From an uncultured Actinomycetes bacterium (lineage in GTDB: Bacteria; Actinomycetota; UBA4738; HRBIN12), in NCBI GenBank assembly GCA_963704725.1, contig OY969934.1:2016001-2080000 (forward strand): DNA of 64,000 nucleotides. Reading direction: 5' to 3'. A model generated the notes under the pieces. It ran no database searches and had not been told where the DNA came from. It was given only the letters and a program-made list of their open reading frames with translations. The stretch's first letter is position 1, and each line of letters begins with the position of its first letter. This document shows positions 23,819 through 33,055 of this stretch, piece after piece. Made by a program: the position numbers and the translations under genes.

Positions 23819-26281
23819 ATGGCCGGGCGTTCTCGCGCGACGTTCGTCGCGATGCTGGTGATCTGTGCCCTCGCGGCGGCCGGTTGCAACCTGCCCACGC
23901 TGCACGAGGCGCGCCAGGAGGCCGCCGCCCTCCCCCAGACCTCGTTCCTGTACGCGGCCGACGGGACGCTGATCACCCGGCTCCACGCCGGCGAGGACCG
24001 CGTCGTGGTGCGAGCCTCGCGGATCCCCGACGTCATGCGCAACGCCGTGATCGCCATCGAGGACCAGCGCTTCTACGACCATCGGGGGGTCGACCTGCGG
24101 GCCCTCCTGCGGGCCGCGTACATCGACGCCACGACCGGCCGCGTGGTCGAGGGCGGCTCCACGATCACGCAGCAGCTCGTGAAGCAGATCTACGTGGGCG
24201 GCGAGGAGTCCCTCGACCGCAAGATCCGCGAGGCCTACCTGGCCTGGCAGATGGAGCATCGGTTCACGAAGGAGCAGATCCTCACGAAGTACCTGAACAC
24301 CGTGTACTTCGGCAACGGCGCCTACGGGATCATGGCCGCAGCCCGCACCTACTTCGACGAGGACCCGATGGGGCTCACGCTCCCCCAGGCCGCGTTCCTG
24401 GCCGGGGCGATCGCCGCTCCCGTCAGGTACGACCCGGTGACGCATCCGGGGCGGGCGCGCAACCGCCGCAACCGGGTGCTGGCCCGGATGCTCGACCTGG
24501 CGATGATCGATCAGACCGCCCACGACGCCGCCATGGCGGACCCGCTCGAGCTGGACATGAACCGCGAGGAGAGCCAGCCGTATCTGGCCCCGTACTTCGT
24601 CGACTACTTCAAGGAGTGGTTCCTGTCGAACCCGACCTTCGGGGCGACGCCCCAGGAGCGTTACCAGCTCCTGTTCGAGGGGGGACTGCGGATCGTGACG
24701 ACGATCGACCCCCGCCTGCAGCACGCCGCCGAGCGGGCCATCGACTCCGTGCTGCTGTACAAGACCGACCCCTACGCCGCGGTCACGGCGATCGACCCGC
24801 GGACCGGGTTCGTCCGCGCCATGGTGGGTGGCCGGGACTACTGGGACGAGAACGACCGGTTCGCCCGGATCAACCTCGCAACCGGGGGCAGCACGGGCCG
24901 GCAGGCGGGGTCGGCGTTCAAGCCGTTCGCCCTCGTCGCGGCGCTCGAGAGCGGGCTCACCCGTTCCACCCCCCTGAACGGCTCGGTCGCACACATCCCC
25001 CTGCAGAACGGCACGTTCTGGGATCCGCACAACGCCGAGGGCAGCGGCGTGGGAACGATCTCGCTCGAGTCGGCCACGGTGAACTCCGTCAACGTGGCCT
25101 ACGCGAACCTCGAGTCTCTGATGGGAGGCGGCGACCCCTACGTCGGCGCCCAGAAGCTCGTGGATGTCGCGCTGCGGATGGGCATCCGGTGCTGCCCTCG
25201 GACGACGGAGCCGGGGACGCCGCTCGCCGCCGTGCCCGCCGCCGTCCTCGGGGTCAACGAGGTGAGCACGTTGGAGATGGCCTCCGCGTACGGGACGCTC
25301 GCGTTCGGCGGCGCGCACGTGCAGCCCACGCCCGTCATCAGCGTGACGACCAGCGACGGCACGCCGCTCTATCAGGCCACCGCCCATCCGAAGCAGGTCC
25401 TGGACCCCGCGATCGCGTCCGAGGCCGTCGACATCCTCAAGGGCGTCGTCGCGCACGGCACGGGGACGGGGGCGAACATCGGGCGTCCCCAGTTCGGCAA
25501 GACCGGGACCGCCCAGAACGCCAGCGACGCGTGGTTCATGGGTGCGGTCCCCCAGCTCGTGACCGCCGTGTGGGTGGGCTTCCCCCAAGGCCAGGTCCCG
25601 ATGTGCTGCGGCAACGTGCGCATCTCGACCGTCTACGGCGGCACGTGGCCGGCCTCGATCTGGCGCGCCTTCATGTCGGTGGCCACCGCGCGCATGCTCG
25701 TTCGGGAGTTCCCCACGGCGCCCGCCGTCCAGTACGTCACGCTGCGGGTCGACGTGACGCAGGGATGCCTGGCGAACCAGTACACGCCGCCTCAGGACAT
25801 CGACACGTTCCAGTACGTGGCCGGGACCGAGCCGTCCCTCGACACCTGCACCCAACCGACGTCCTACCAGGAGCTCACGGTGCCCTCGGTGATCGGGCTC
25901 CTCAAGCAGACCGCGATCTCGACCCTGCACGCCGCGGGCTTCAACGTCGCCATCGAGTACGAAACCTCCAACGAACGCGACGACACCGTGATCGACCAGC
26001 GTCCGGCGGGCGGCAGCCGCCTGATCCAGACCGGAACGGTCACGATCACGGTGGCACGGGGAGCGCCGGAGCTCGTGGACGTGCCGAACGTCGTCGGGAT
26101 GGGGCAGGCGGCCGCCACCGCCACGCTCCGCGCGGCCGGGTTCGAGGTCGCCGTGGTCCGAAAGCAGGAATGCGACCCGGCCGACCCCTCGTGCCTCTAC
26201 CGGCCCGGAATCGTCTGGGCCCAGCAACCCACCGGTCAGGCCGAGCCCGGCGCCACCGTCACGATCAGCGTGAACCCGTAG
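23819..26281 (+). CDS. Class A penicillin-binding protein (transglycosylase/transpeptidase) with two PASTA domains
   Basis: EDQRFYDHRG, GGSTITQQ, RKIRE, SAFK, SVN, KTGT; two VP(S/N)V(I/V)G repeats. Confidence 0.95.
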   Translation: MAGRSRATFVAMLVICALAAAGCNLPTLHEARQEAAALPQTSFLYAADGTLITRLHAGEDRVVVRASRIPDVMRNAVIAIEDQRFYDHRGVDLRALLRAAYIDATTGRVVEGGSTITQQLVKQIYVGGEESLDRKIREAYLAWQMEHRFTKEQILTKYLNTVYFGNGAYGIMAAARTYFDEDPMGLTLPQAAFLAGAIAAPVRYDPVTHPGRARNRRNRVLARMLDLAMIDQTAHDAAMADPLELDMNREESQPYLAPYFVDYFKEWFLSNPTFGATPQERYQLLFEGGLRIVTTIDPRLQHAAERAIDSVLLYKTDPYAAVTAIDPRTGFVRAMVGGRDYWDENDRFARINLATGGSTGRQAGSAFKPFALVAALESGLTRSTPLNGSVAHIPLQNGTFWDPHNAEGSGVGTISLESATVNSVNVAYANLESLMGGGDPYVGAQKLVDVALRMGIRCCPRTTEPGTPLAAVPAAVLGVNEVSTLEMASAYGTLAFGGAHVQPTPVISVTTSDGTPLYQATAHPKQVLDPAIASEAVDILKGVVAHGTGTGANIGRPQFGKTGTAQNASDAWFMGAVPQLVTAVWVGFPQGQVPMCCGNVRISTVYGGTWPASIWRAFMSVATARMLVREFPTAPAVQYVTLRVDVTQGCLANQYTPPQDIDTFQYVAGTEPSLDTCTQPTSYQELTVPSVIGLLKQTAISTLHAAGFNVAIEYETSNERDDTVIDQRPAGGSRLIQTGTVTITVARGAPELVDVPNVVGMGQAAATATLRAAGFEVAVVRKQECDPADPSCLYRPGIVWAQQPTGQAEPGATVTISVNP

Positions 26282-26876
26282 CGGGACGTCCCCGCGAGAC
26301 GAACGCGCTGCCGCGTTCGAACCAGCGCCACCGAGCCTCCACGCCGACCCGGACGCCCACGCGGGCGCTCCGTGCGATCCGCCCGGGGGGGACGGGCTCG
26401 CCCTCGCGCAGGTGCACCAGCGGGTCTCGCACGAGGTCGAGCCCGTCGTCGGATCGGTCGAGCCCGAAGGCCTGCGCCAGCCGGGCGGGCCCCGAGCACA
26501 GCAGGCCGGGGTCGTCGACGCCACGGTTCGCGGCCATCGCCTCGAGCCCCTGCATGGGCTCGGCCGCCCGGAGCAGGACGGCGCTCCCCTCCCCCAGGGC
26601 CCCCGTGACGACGTTCGCGCAATGATGCATGCCGTATGTGAAGTACACGTACAGATGCCCGGCGGCCCCGAACATCACGCCGTTGCGGGCCGTGCGGCCG
26701 CGGTAGGTGTGGCTGGCCGGATCGTCCGGGGCGTAGGCTTCGACCTCGACGAGCCGCGCCGCCAGCCGGGTGCCGTCCGGCAGGACGCGGATCAGCACGC
26801 GGCCGAGGAGCTCCGGCGCCACGACGGTCGACGGGCGGGCGAAGAAGGACCGGGGCAGGCGTCGGCCGGGCTTCAC
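26265..26876 (-). CDS. DNA-3-methyladenine glycosylase (MPG/AAG family)
   Basis: VEVEAY, DPASH, YVYFTYGMH, AVLLRAAEP, SGPARL, RVGV. Confidence 0.93.
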   Translation of the reverse strand: MKPGRRLPRSFFARPSTVVAPELLGRVLIRVLPDGTRLAARLVEVEAYAPDDPASHTYRGRTARNGVMFGAAGHLYVYFTYGMHHCANVVTGALGEGSAVLLRAAEPMQGLEAMAANRGVDDPGLLCSGPARLAQAFGLDRSDDGLDLVRDPLVHLREGEPVPPGRIARSARVGVRVGVEARWRWFERGSAFVSRGRPATGSR

Positions 26877-28594
26877 CGGCCCTTGCGCAGGAACGTCCGC
26901 AGCTTCGCGAGCGGCCAGGTGTTGATCACCTCGTCCTTCGTCAGCCACCCCCGCTGCGCGGTGGCGATCCCGTAGCGCATGAACGCCAGGTGGGTCGTCG
27001 CGTGCGAGTCCGTGTCGATGGCGAACTTCACGCCGTGGCGCCGGGCCCACAGGATGTGCTCGTCCTTCAGGTCGAGACGATCGGGATACGCGTTCACCTC
27101 GAGGGCCGTCCCGGTGCGAGCGGCGGCCTTGAAGACCTCGTCGAGGTCGAGCTCGACCGGCTGCCGCTTGTTGATCAGGCGGGTCGTGGGGTGGCCGATC
27201 ACGTGGACGTGCGGGTTCTCCATGGCCCGGATGAAGCGCCGGGTCATCTCGTCCTTGCTCTGGCCGAAATGCGAGTGCACGCTCGCCACACACAGGTCGA
27301 AGCCCTCGAGGAACTCGGGCCCCCAATCGACGCCACCGTCGGGGTCGATGTTGAGCTCCGACCCGTGCAGGAGCGTCATCTTCGGATAGCTCGCCTGCAG
27401 CGCCCGGAGCTGCTCGCGCTGCGCCAGCATCTTCTCGTCCGTCATGCGCTGCATGGCCAGGTTCGGTGCGTGATCGGTCACGGCGTAGTAGGCGTACCCC
27501 AGCCCGGACGCGGTCTCGAGCATCTGCTCCAGCGAGGCCAGCCCGTCGGTCAGATTGGTGTGCGTGTGCAGGTCACCCCGGATCTGCCTCTGCACCACGA
27601 CGTCGGGCAGCGTGCCGGCCAGCGCGGCCTCCACCTCGCCTCGATCCTCGCGGAGCGTCGGCGGGATCCAGGGGAGCCCGAGCTTTGCGTAGACCTCCTC
27701 CTCGGTGCGCGCCACGATGAGCCGCCCGGTCTTTGCGCGGAACAGGCCGTACTCGTTCAGCTTGAGCCCCTTGCGCACGGCCATCTCGCGGATGCGGATG
27801 TTGTGGGGCTTGGATCCGGTGAAGTAGATCATCGCGGCGCCCCACGCCTCGAGCGGCACGACCCGCAGATCGACCTGGAGCCCCGCGCGAGTGATGACCG
27901 AGGACTTCGCCTCGCCGTGGGCCAGGATCCGCTCCACCATCTCCCCCGCGGTGAACGCCTCCATCACCGCGACGGGGTCGGAGCTCGCCACCAGGAGGTC
28001 GAGGTCCCCGATGGTCTCGGCCATCCGCCGAAGCGAGCCGGCGTACTCGATCCGCTCGACGTCCCCCCGGCCGCCGAGCCATTCGAGGTAGGAGTCGGCG
28101 AGGTCCATCGCCACCGAGGACAGCGCGCGGCCGCCCTGCTGCTGGAGGCGCTCGATGCCGCGCCGGATGTTCTCCTCGGTCCGGGCGCCGAAGCCCTTCA
28201 GGCCGGCGAGCTGCCCCTCCTCCACCGCCGCCCGCAGCGCCTCGATGCCGTCGATCCCGAGGTCCCGGTACAGGACCATGGCCTTCTTCGGGCCCAGCCC
28301 CGGGACGGCGATCATGTCGCGGACGCCGGCCGGGATCTGCCCCCGGAGCTCGTCGAGGGCGGAGATCGTTCCCGATCGCAGGAACTCGTGGACCTTCTCG
28401 CCGATGGACTTGCCGACGCTGGGGATCTTCAGGATCTCGGGCAGGTCCATGCCATCGAGGTCGGCGGCGTAGCCGCCCACGGCCCGCGCCGCCTTCTCAT
28501 AGGCACGGGCCTTGAAGGCGTCCTCCGACAGGATCGACAGGAGGTCCGCGTACTCGATCAGCGCGGCCTCCACGGCGTCGTTCGTCCTCGGCAC
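26873..28594 (-). CDS. polX: DNA polymerase X with PHP domain
   Basis: GSLRR, GDLDLL, VDLR, YFTGS, DLHTHT, TDH, HSH, GHPT, DTDSH; catalytic Asp triad intact. Confidence 0.95.
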   Translation of the reverse strand: MPRTNDAVEAALIEYADLLSILSEDAFKARAYEKAARAVGGYAADLDGMDLPEILKIPSVGKSIGEKVHEFLRSGTISALDELRGQIPAGVRDMIAVPGLGPKKAMVLYRDLGIDGIEALRAAVEEGQLAGLKGFGARTEENIRRGIERLQQQGGRALSSVAMDLADSYLEWLGGRGDVERIEYAGSLRRMAETIGDLDLLVASSDPVAVMEAFTAGEMVERILAHGEAKSSVITRAGLQVDLRVVPLEAWGAAMIYFTGSKPHNIRIREMAVRKGLKLNEYGLFRAKTGRLIVARTEEEVYAKLGLPWIPPTLREDRGEVEAALAGTLPDVVVQRQIRGDLHTHTNLTDGLASLEQMLETASGLGYAYYAVTDHAPNLAMQRMTDEKMLAQREQLRALQASYPKMTLLHGSELNIDPDGGVDWGPEFLEGFDLCVASVHSHFGQSKDEMTRRFIRAMENPHVHVIGHPTTRLINKRQPVELDLDEVFKAAARTGTALEVNAYPDRLDLKDEHILWARRHGVKFAIDTDSHATTHLAFMRYGIATAQRGWLTKDEVINTWPLAKLRTFLRKGR

Positions 28595-28616
28595 GTTCAG
28601 CGCCTCCCGGGACGGG

Positions 28617-29537
28617 TCAGGCCGCGCCGAGCAGCCAGAGCAGGAGCGCCTTCTGCGTGTGCATCCGGTTCTCCGCCTGATCCCACACCGCCGAGTGCGG
28701 GCCGTCGATCACCTCGTCGGCGATCTCCTGCCCCCGGTGCGCGGGGAGGCAGTGCAGCACGGTGACGTCGGGCCTGGCCACGTCCACCTTGGCCCGGTCG
28801 AGGGCGAACGCCGGGAACACCAGCGCGCGCTCGTCGGTCTCCGCCTCCTGCCCCATGCTCGCCCACACGTCCGTGTAGAGCACGTCGGAGCCGGCCGACG
28901 CCTCCCGCGGGTCGTTCGTCAGCAGGACGCTGCCCCCCGTCTGCTCGGCGATCTCGGTTGCCCGCTGGACGATCTGGGGGATCGGCTCGAACCCGGGGGG
29001 GGTCGCCACTCGCAGGTGCATGCCCATCTTCGCGCCGCCCAGCAGCAGCGAGTGGGTGACGTTGTTGCCGTCGCCGAGATACGTCAGCGTCCGGCCGGCG
29101 AGATCGCCCTTGATCTCGCGCACGGTCAGCAGGTCCGCCAGACACTGGCAGGGATGCTCGAAGTCCGAGAGCGCGTTGACCACTGGGACCGAGGCCGCCC
29201 CGGCGAGCACCTCGAGCCGCTCCTGCTCGAACGTCCGCAGCACGATCGCGTCCACGTACCGCGACAGCACGCGCCCGGTGTCTTCGATCGTCTCCCCGCG
29301 CCCGAGCTGGAGCTCGCCCGAGGACAGCGCAACCGGATGCGCGCCCGCCGAGGAGATCGCGATCTCGAAGGAGACGCGCGTCCGCGTGGACGGCTTCTCG
29401 AAGATCATCCCCACGGCCTTGTTGCGCAGCGCCTCGGCCCAGTCGCCCGGCTGCGCCTTGACCTTCGCCGACAGGTCGAGCAGGCGCGCCAGCTCCTCGA
29501 CCGCGAGGTCGTCGACCGAGAGGTAATCGCGCTTCAT
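28617..29537 (-). CDS. argF: Ornithine carbamoyltransferase
   Basis: STRTR, HPCQ, GDGNN, DVWASMG, HCLP, QAENR. Confidence 0.96.
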   Translation of the reverse strand: MKRDYLSVDDLAVEELARLLDLSAKVKAQPGDWAEALRNKAVGMIFEKPSTRTRVSFEIAISSAGAHPVALSSGELQLGRGETIEDTGRVLSRYVDAIVLRTFEQERLEVLAGAASVPVVNALSDFEHPCQCLADLLTVREIKGDLAGRTLTYLGDGNNVTHSLLLGGAKMGMHLRVATPPGFEPIPQIVQRATEIAEQTGGSVLLTNDPREASAGSDVLYTDVWASMGQEAETDERALVFPAFALDRAKVDVARPDVTVLHCLPAHRGQEIADEVIDGPHSAVWDQAENRMHTQKALLLWLLGAA

Positions 29538-29582
29538 GCTGCCGCAGTCTAGCGGCCGGATGGAAGCGGGGTGCGCGACGGT

Positions 29583-31958
29583 CTACCCCGACCGGAGCTG
29601 GGCCCCGAAATCGCTCGCCAGGCGCTCGGTCACGGCGTCGACGGCGGCGCCGGCCTCGGCGTCCGTGAGGGTTCGGTCGGGCGCGCGAAGGTCGACCGAG
29701 AAGGCCAGGCTCTTCTTCCCCTCCGGCAGCGGCGGTCCCGTGTGGACGTCGAACAGGACGCACGAGTCCAGGAGGTCGCCGGCCGCCGTCTCGAGCGCGG
29801 CCAGGACCTCTCCCGCGGGGGTGGCGGTGTCCACCGTGAACGCCAGGTCCCGCCGCACGGGGGGGAAGCGAGCCGGCTCGCGGACGGCGAGCGGGCCCGA
29901 GGCGTGCCGCATGAGGGCCCCCACGTCGATCTCGCCGACGGCGACGCGGCCGGCGAGGTCGAACGCGGCCGCGGCCCGGGGGTGGAGCTCACCGAACATG
30001 CCGATCGTCTCGCCGCCCGCCTCCACGGTCGCCGAGCGCCCGGGATGCAGCGGCCCGCCGTGCGACCGACCCGTCGTCCAGGCGATCCCGAGCTCGGCGA
30101 GCATCGCCTCCACCACGCCCTTGGCGTCGAACACGTCGTACTCCCGCCCCCCGCCGGTCCACCCACCGTCGGCGGTCCCCACCAGGACGAACGCCACCGA
30201 CGCCCGCTCGCGGGCCGTGCCGTCCGCGAGACGGAACACCGTGCCCGCCTCGAAGACGGCCACGCTGCGGACGTGCCGGAAGGCGTTCCGCCGGGCCGTG
30301 TGGAGCAGACCGGGAAGCAGCCGGGTCCGCAACCAGCCCTCCTCGGCCTGCAGCGGGTTCGTCACGCGGATCGCGTCCCGGTCCCCCACGATCTCGAGAT
30401 CGCGGTCGGAGGCGAACGGGACCTGCCGTACCTCGCGCGCGCCGGCCCGGACCATCGCGCCGCGGACCCGACGCAGGAACTCGTACCGCTCGGGGAGGCC
30501 TCCGGCCTGGCGGACGGGCGGCAGGGTCGAGCCGATGCGCTCGTACCCCTGGATCCGGGCGATCTCCTCGATCAGGTCGACCTCGCGCTCCAGGTCCACC
30601 CGGTAGCCGGGAACCTCCACGCCGACGGCGCCGTCCCCCGCGACCGCGTGGACCATGCCGAGCCGGTCGAAGACCGCCTCGGCGTCGGCGGCCGAGACCG
30701 GGTAGCCGATCAGCGCGCCGGCTCGGCTCGGACGGACCGGGATCCGGCGTCGCTGCGGTGGGCCGCCCACCTCGATGACCCCACGCAGGACCGTCGCTCC
30801 ACACCAGAGCTGCATCAGGCGGCAGGCGCGGCCCGCTCCCACCGGCACCGCCTCCGGATCGACGCCACGCTCGAACCGCATCGAGGCCTCCGTCGACAGC
30901 TCGAGCCGGCGGCGCGTCCGCTGGACCCCTTCGCGCTGGAACGACGCGGCCTCCAGCAGGATCTCGGTGGTGGACTGGGAGATCTCGGCGAGCTCGCCGC
31001 CCATCACGCCGGCCACGCCGATGGGGCGCTCGACGTCGCAGATCAGCAGGTCGTCGTCGGTAAACGTGCGCTCGACGTCGTCGAGCGTGACCATCCGCTC
31101 CCCCTCCTCGGCGCGCCGGACCACGATGCCGGGGCCCTTGAGCAGGGGCAGGTCGAACGGATGCAGCGGCTGCCCCACCTCGAGCATCGCGTAGTTCGTC
31201 GCGTCGACCGCGGCCGAGATGGGGCGCATCCCGGCGGCCGTGAGCCGGGCCTGGGCCGCGATCGGCGACGGCACGTGCCGCACGTCCCGCAGGACACGGG
31301 CGAGGTAGCGGGGGCACCGGTCCCGGTCGAGGACCTCGAGCGTGGCGGTGCCCCCCGCGGGCTCGTCGGTGTCCAGCGGGGCCCAGTCGACGGGCGCGAG
31401 CGGCGTGCCCGTGGCCGCCGAGACCTCCCGGGCGATCCCGAGGACCGAGAGGAAGTCGGGGCGGTTCGGCGTGACCTCGATGTCGAGCACGGCATCGTGC
31501 AGGCCGAACGCCTCGGCCACGTCGCGCCCGGGCTCGAGCTCCGTCGGCAGGATCAGGATGCCCTCGTGCGAGGGCGAGATCCCGAGCTCGTCGGGCGCGC
31601 AGAGCATGCCGTCGGAGACGACGCCGCGGATCTCACGGGCGGTCAGCGGCTCCGGGAGCATCGGCACCCGGGCGCCGGGACCGGCCAACGGCACGAGGTC
31701 CCCCGCCGCCATGTTGCGGACGCCGACGACGACCTCCTGCTCGCCCGAGCCCGTCTGCACGCGCGCCAGGCACAGCCGGTCGCTGTTGGGGTGGTCACGG
31801 ACCTCGATCACGCGCGCGACGACGACGCCCGACAGGTTCGCCCACGGCCGCTCGATCGACTCGACCTCGGCGCCGACATGCGTGAGCAGCTCCGCCAGCT
31901 CCTCGGCGGGGAGATCCGTCGGACACAGCTCCCGGAGCCAGGTCAGGACGATCTTCAC
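29583..31958 (-). CDS. pheT: Phenylalanine--tRNA ligase beta subunit
   Basis: HPNSDRL, TPNRPD, RFERGVD, DLIEEIAR, RRDLAF, KKSLAF. Confidence 0.97.
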   Translation of the reverse strand: MKIVLTWLRELCPTDLPAEELAELLTHVGAEVESIERPWANLSGVVVARVIEVRDHPNSDRLCLARVQTGSGEQEVVVGVRNMAAGDLVPLAGPGARVPMLPEPLTAREIRGVVSDGMLCAPDELGISPSHEGILILPTELEPGRDVAEAFGLHDAVLDIEVTPNRPDFLSVLGIAREVSAATGTPLAPVDWAPLDTDEPAGGTATLEVLDRDRCPRYLARVLRDVRHVPSPIAAQARLTAAGMRPISAAVDATNYAMLEVGQPLHPFDLPLLKGPGIVVRRAEEGERMVTLDDVERTFTDDDLLICDVERPIGVAGVMGGELAEISQSTTEILLEAASFQREGVQRTRRRLELSTEASMRFERGVDPEAVPVGAGRACRLMQLWCGATVLRGVIEVGGPPQRRRIPVRPSRAGALIGYPVSAADAEAVFDRLGMVHAVAGDGAVGVEVPGYRVDLEREVDLIEEIARIQGYERIGSTLPPVRQAGGLPERYEFLRRVRGAMVRAGAREVRQVPFASDRDLEIVGDRDAIRVTNPLQAEEGWLRTRLLPGLLHTARRNAFRHVRSVAVFEAGTVFRLADGTARERASVAFVLVGTADGGWTGGGREYDVFDAKGVVEAMLAELGIAWTTGRSHGGPLHPGRSATVEAGGETIGMFGELHPRAAAAFDLAGRVAVGEIDVGALMRHASGPLAVREPARFPPVRRDLAFTVDTATPAGEVLAALETAAGDLLDSCVLFDVHTGPPLPEGKKSLAFSVDLRAPDRTLTDAEAGAAVDAVTERLASDFGAQLRSG

Positions 31959-33001
31959 GCCACGCCCTCGAACTGCTCGAGGAACCGGACGTCGCCCTCG
32001 AAGAACAGCCGAAGGTCGTGCACGCCGAATCTGACCATGGCCACCCGCTCGATGCCCAGGCCGAACGCGAACCCCGTGTACCGCTCGGAGTCGTACCCGC
32101 AGTTCTCGAGCACCTTGGGGTGCACCATGCCGGCGCCGAGCAGCTCGATCCAACCGTTGCCGCACACGCGGCATCCCGCCCCGTCGCAGATGAAGCACGA
32201 GACCGCGGCCTGGCAGCCGGGCTCGACGAACGGGAAGTAGTCGGGCGAGATCCGCACCCGCGTCCGTTCGCCGAACATCTCGCGGGCGAACGCCTCGAGC
32301 GTCCCCTTGAGGTCGGCGAACGAGATCCCCTCGTCCACGGCCAGCCCCTCGACCTGATGGAACACCGATCCGTGGGTGGCGTCCGGGTTCTCTCGCCGGT
32401 AGACGCGTCCCGGAACGACCACGGCGACGGGCGGTTGCTGCGACTCCATCGTTCGGATCTGCACGGCCGAGGTCTCCGTCCGCATCAGCAGGCCCGGAAC
32501 GTCAACGTAGAGCGAGTCCTTCATCGTTCGGGCGGGATGGTCGGACGGGATGTTCAGCGCCTCGAAGTTGTGCCAGTCGTCCTCGATCTCGGGGCCCTCG
32601 GCGACGCGGTAGCCCATCCGCGTGAAGATCTCGACGATCCGGTCCTCGACCAGCGTGAGCGGATGGAGCGAGCCGGGTCGGGGACGCCGTCCGGGCAGGG
32701 TGACGTCGACCGCGTCGGCGGAGAGCAGGGCCGCGTCCGCCCCGAGCTCGAGCCCCGTGCGGCGCGTCTCGAGGGCGTCGCGGAGATCGGAGAACGCGCG
32801 GTTCGTCAGCCGGCCGACCTCACGGCGATCGTCGTCCGCGAACGCGCCGAGCGACCTCTGCACCTCGCTCAGCCGGGACCTGCGCCCGAGGGCGGCGACC
32901 TTGGCCTCCTCGAGCGCTTCGACGGAGCCGGCGGCGCCGATCAGCTCCCGGCCCCGCGCGACCTCCTCTTCGAGGATGCGTCGAGCGTCGCTCGGGTCCA
33001 T
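31955..33001 (-). CDS. pheS: Phenylalanine--tRNA ligase alpha subunit
   Basis: HPARTMKD, FHQVEGL, YFPFVEP, CxxC...CxxC insert, GFAFGLGIER. Confidence 0.97.
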   Translation of the reverse strand: MDPSDARRILEEEVARGRELIGAAGSVEALEEAKVAALGRRSRLSEVQRSLGAFADDDRREVGRLTNRAFSDLRDALETRRTGLELGADAALLSADAVDVTLPGRRPRPGSLHPLTLVEDRIVEIFTRMGYRVAEGPEIEDDWHNFEALNIPSDHPARTMKDSLYVDVPGLLMRTETSAVQIRTMESQQPPVAVVVPGRVYRRENPDATHGSVFHQVEGLAVDEGISFADLKGTLEAFAREMFGERTRVRISPDYFPFVEPGCQAAVSCFICDGAGCRVCGNGWIELLGAGMVHPKVLENCGYDSERYTGFAFGLGIERVAMVRFGVHDLRLFFEGDVRFLEQFEGVA

Positions 33002-33055
33002 GTGTCCGGCGAGTCTAGCAAGCCACTGTGCGCGGACCGGCCGCGCCGAGCCGGG

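Noticed and set aside
26873-28594. PolX as a possible inactive or defence-type variant
   Set aside because: DxD plus the third Asp and the PHP metal ligands are canonical.
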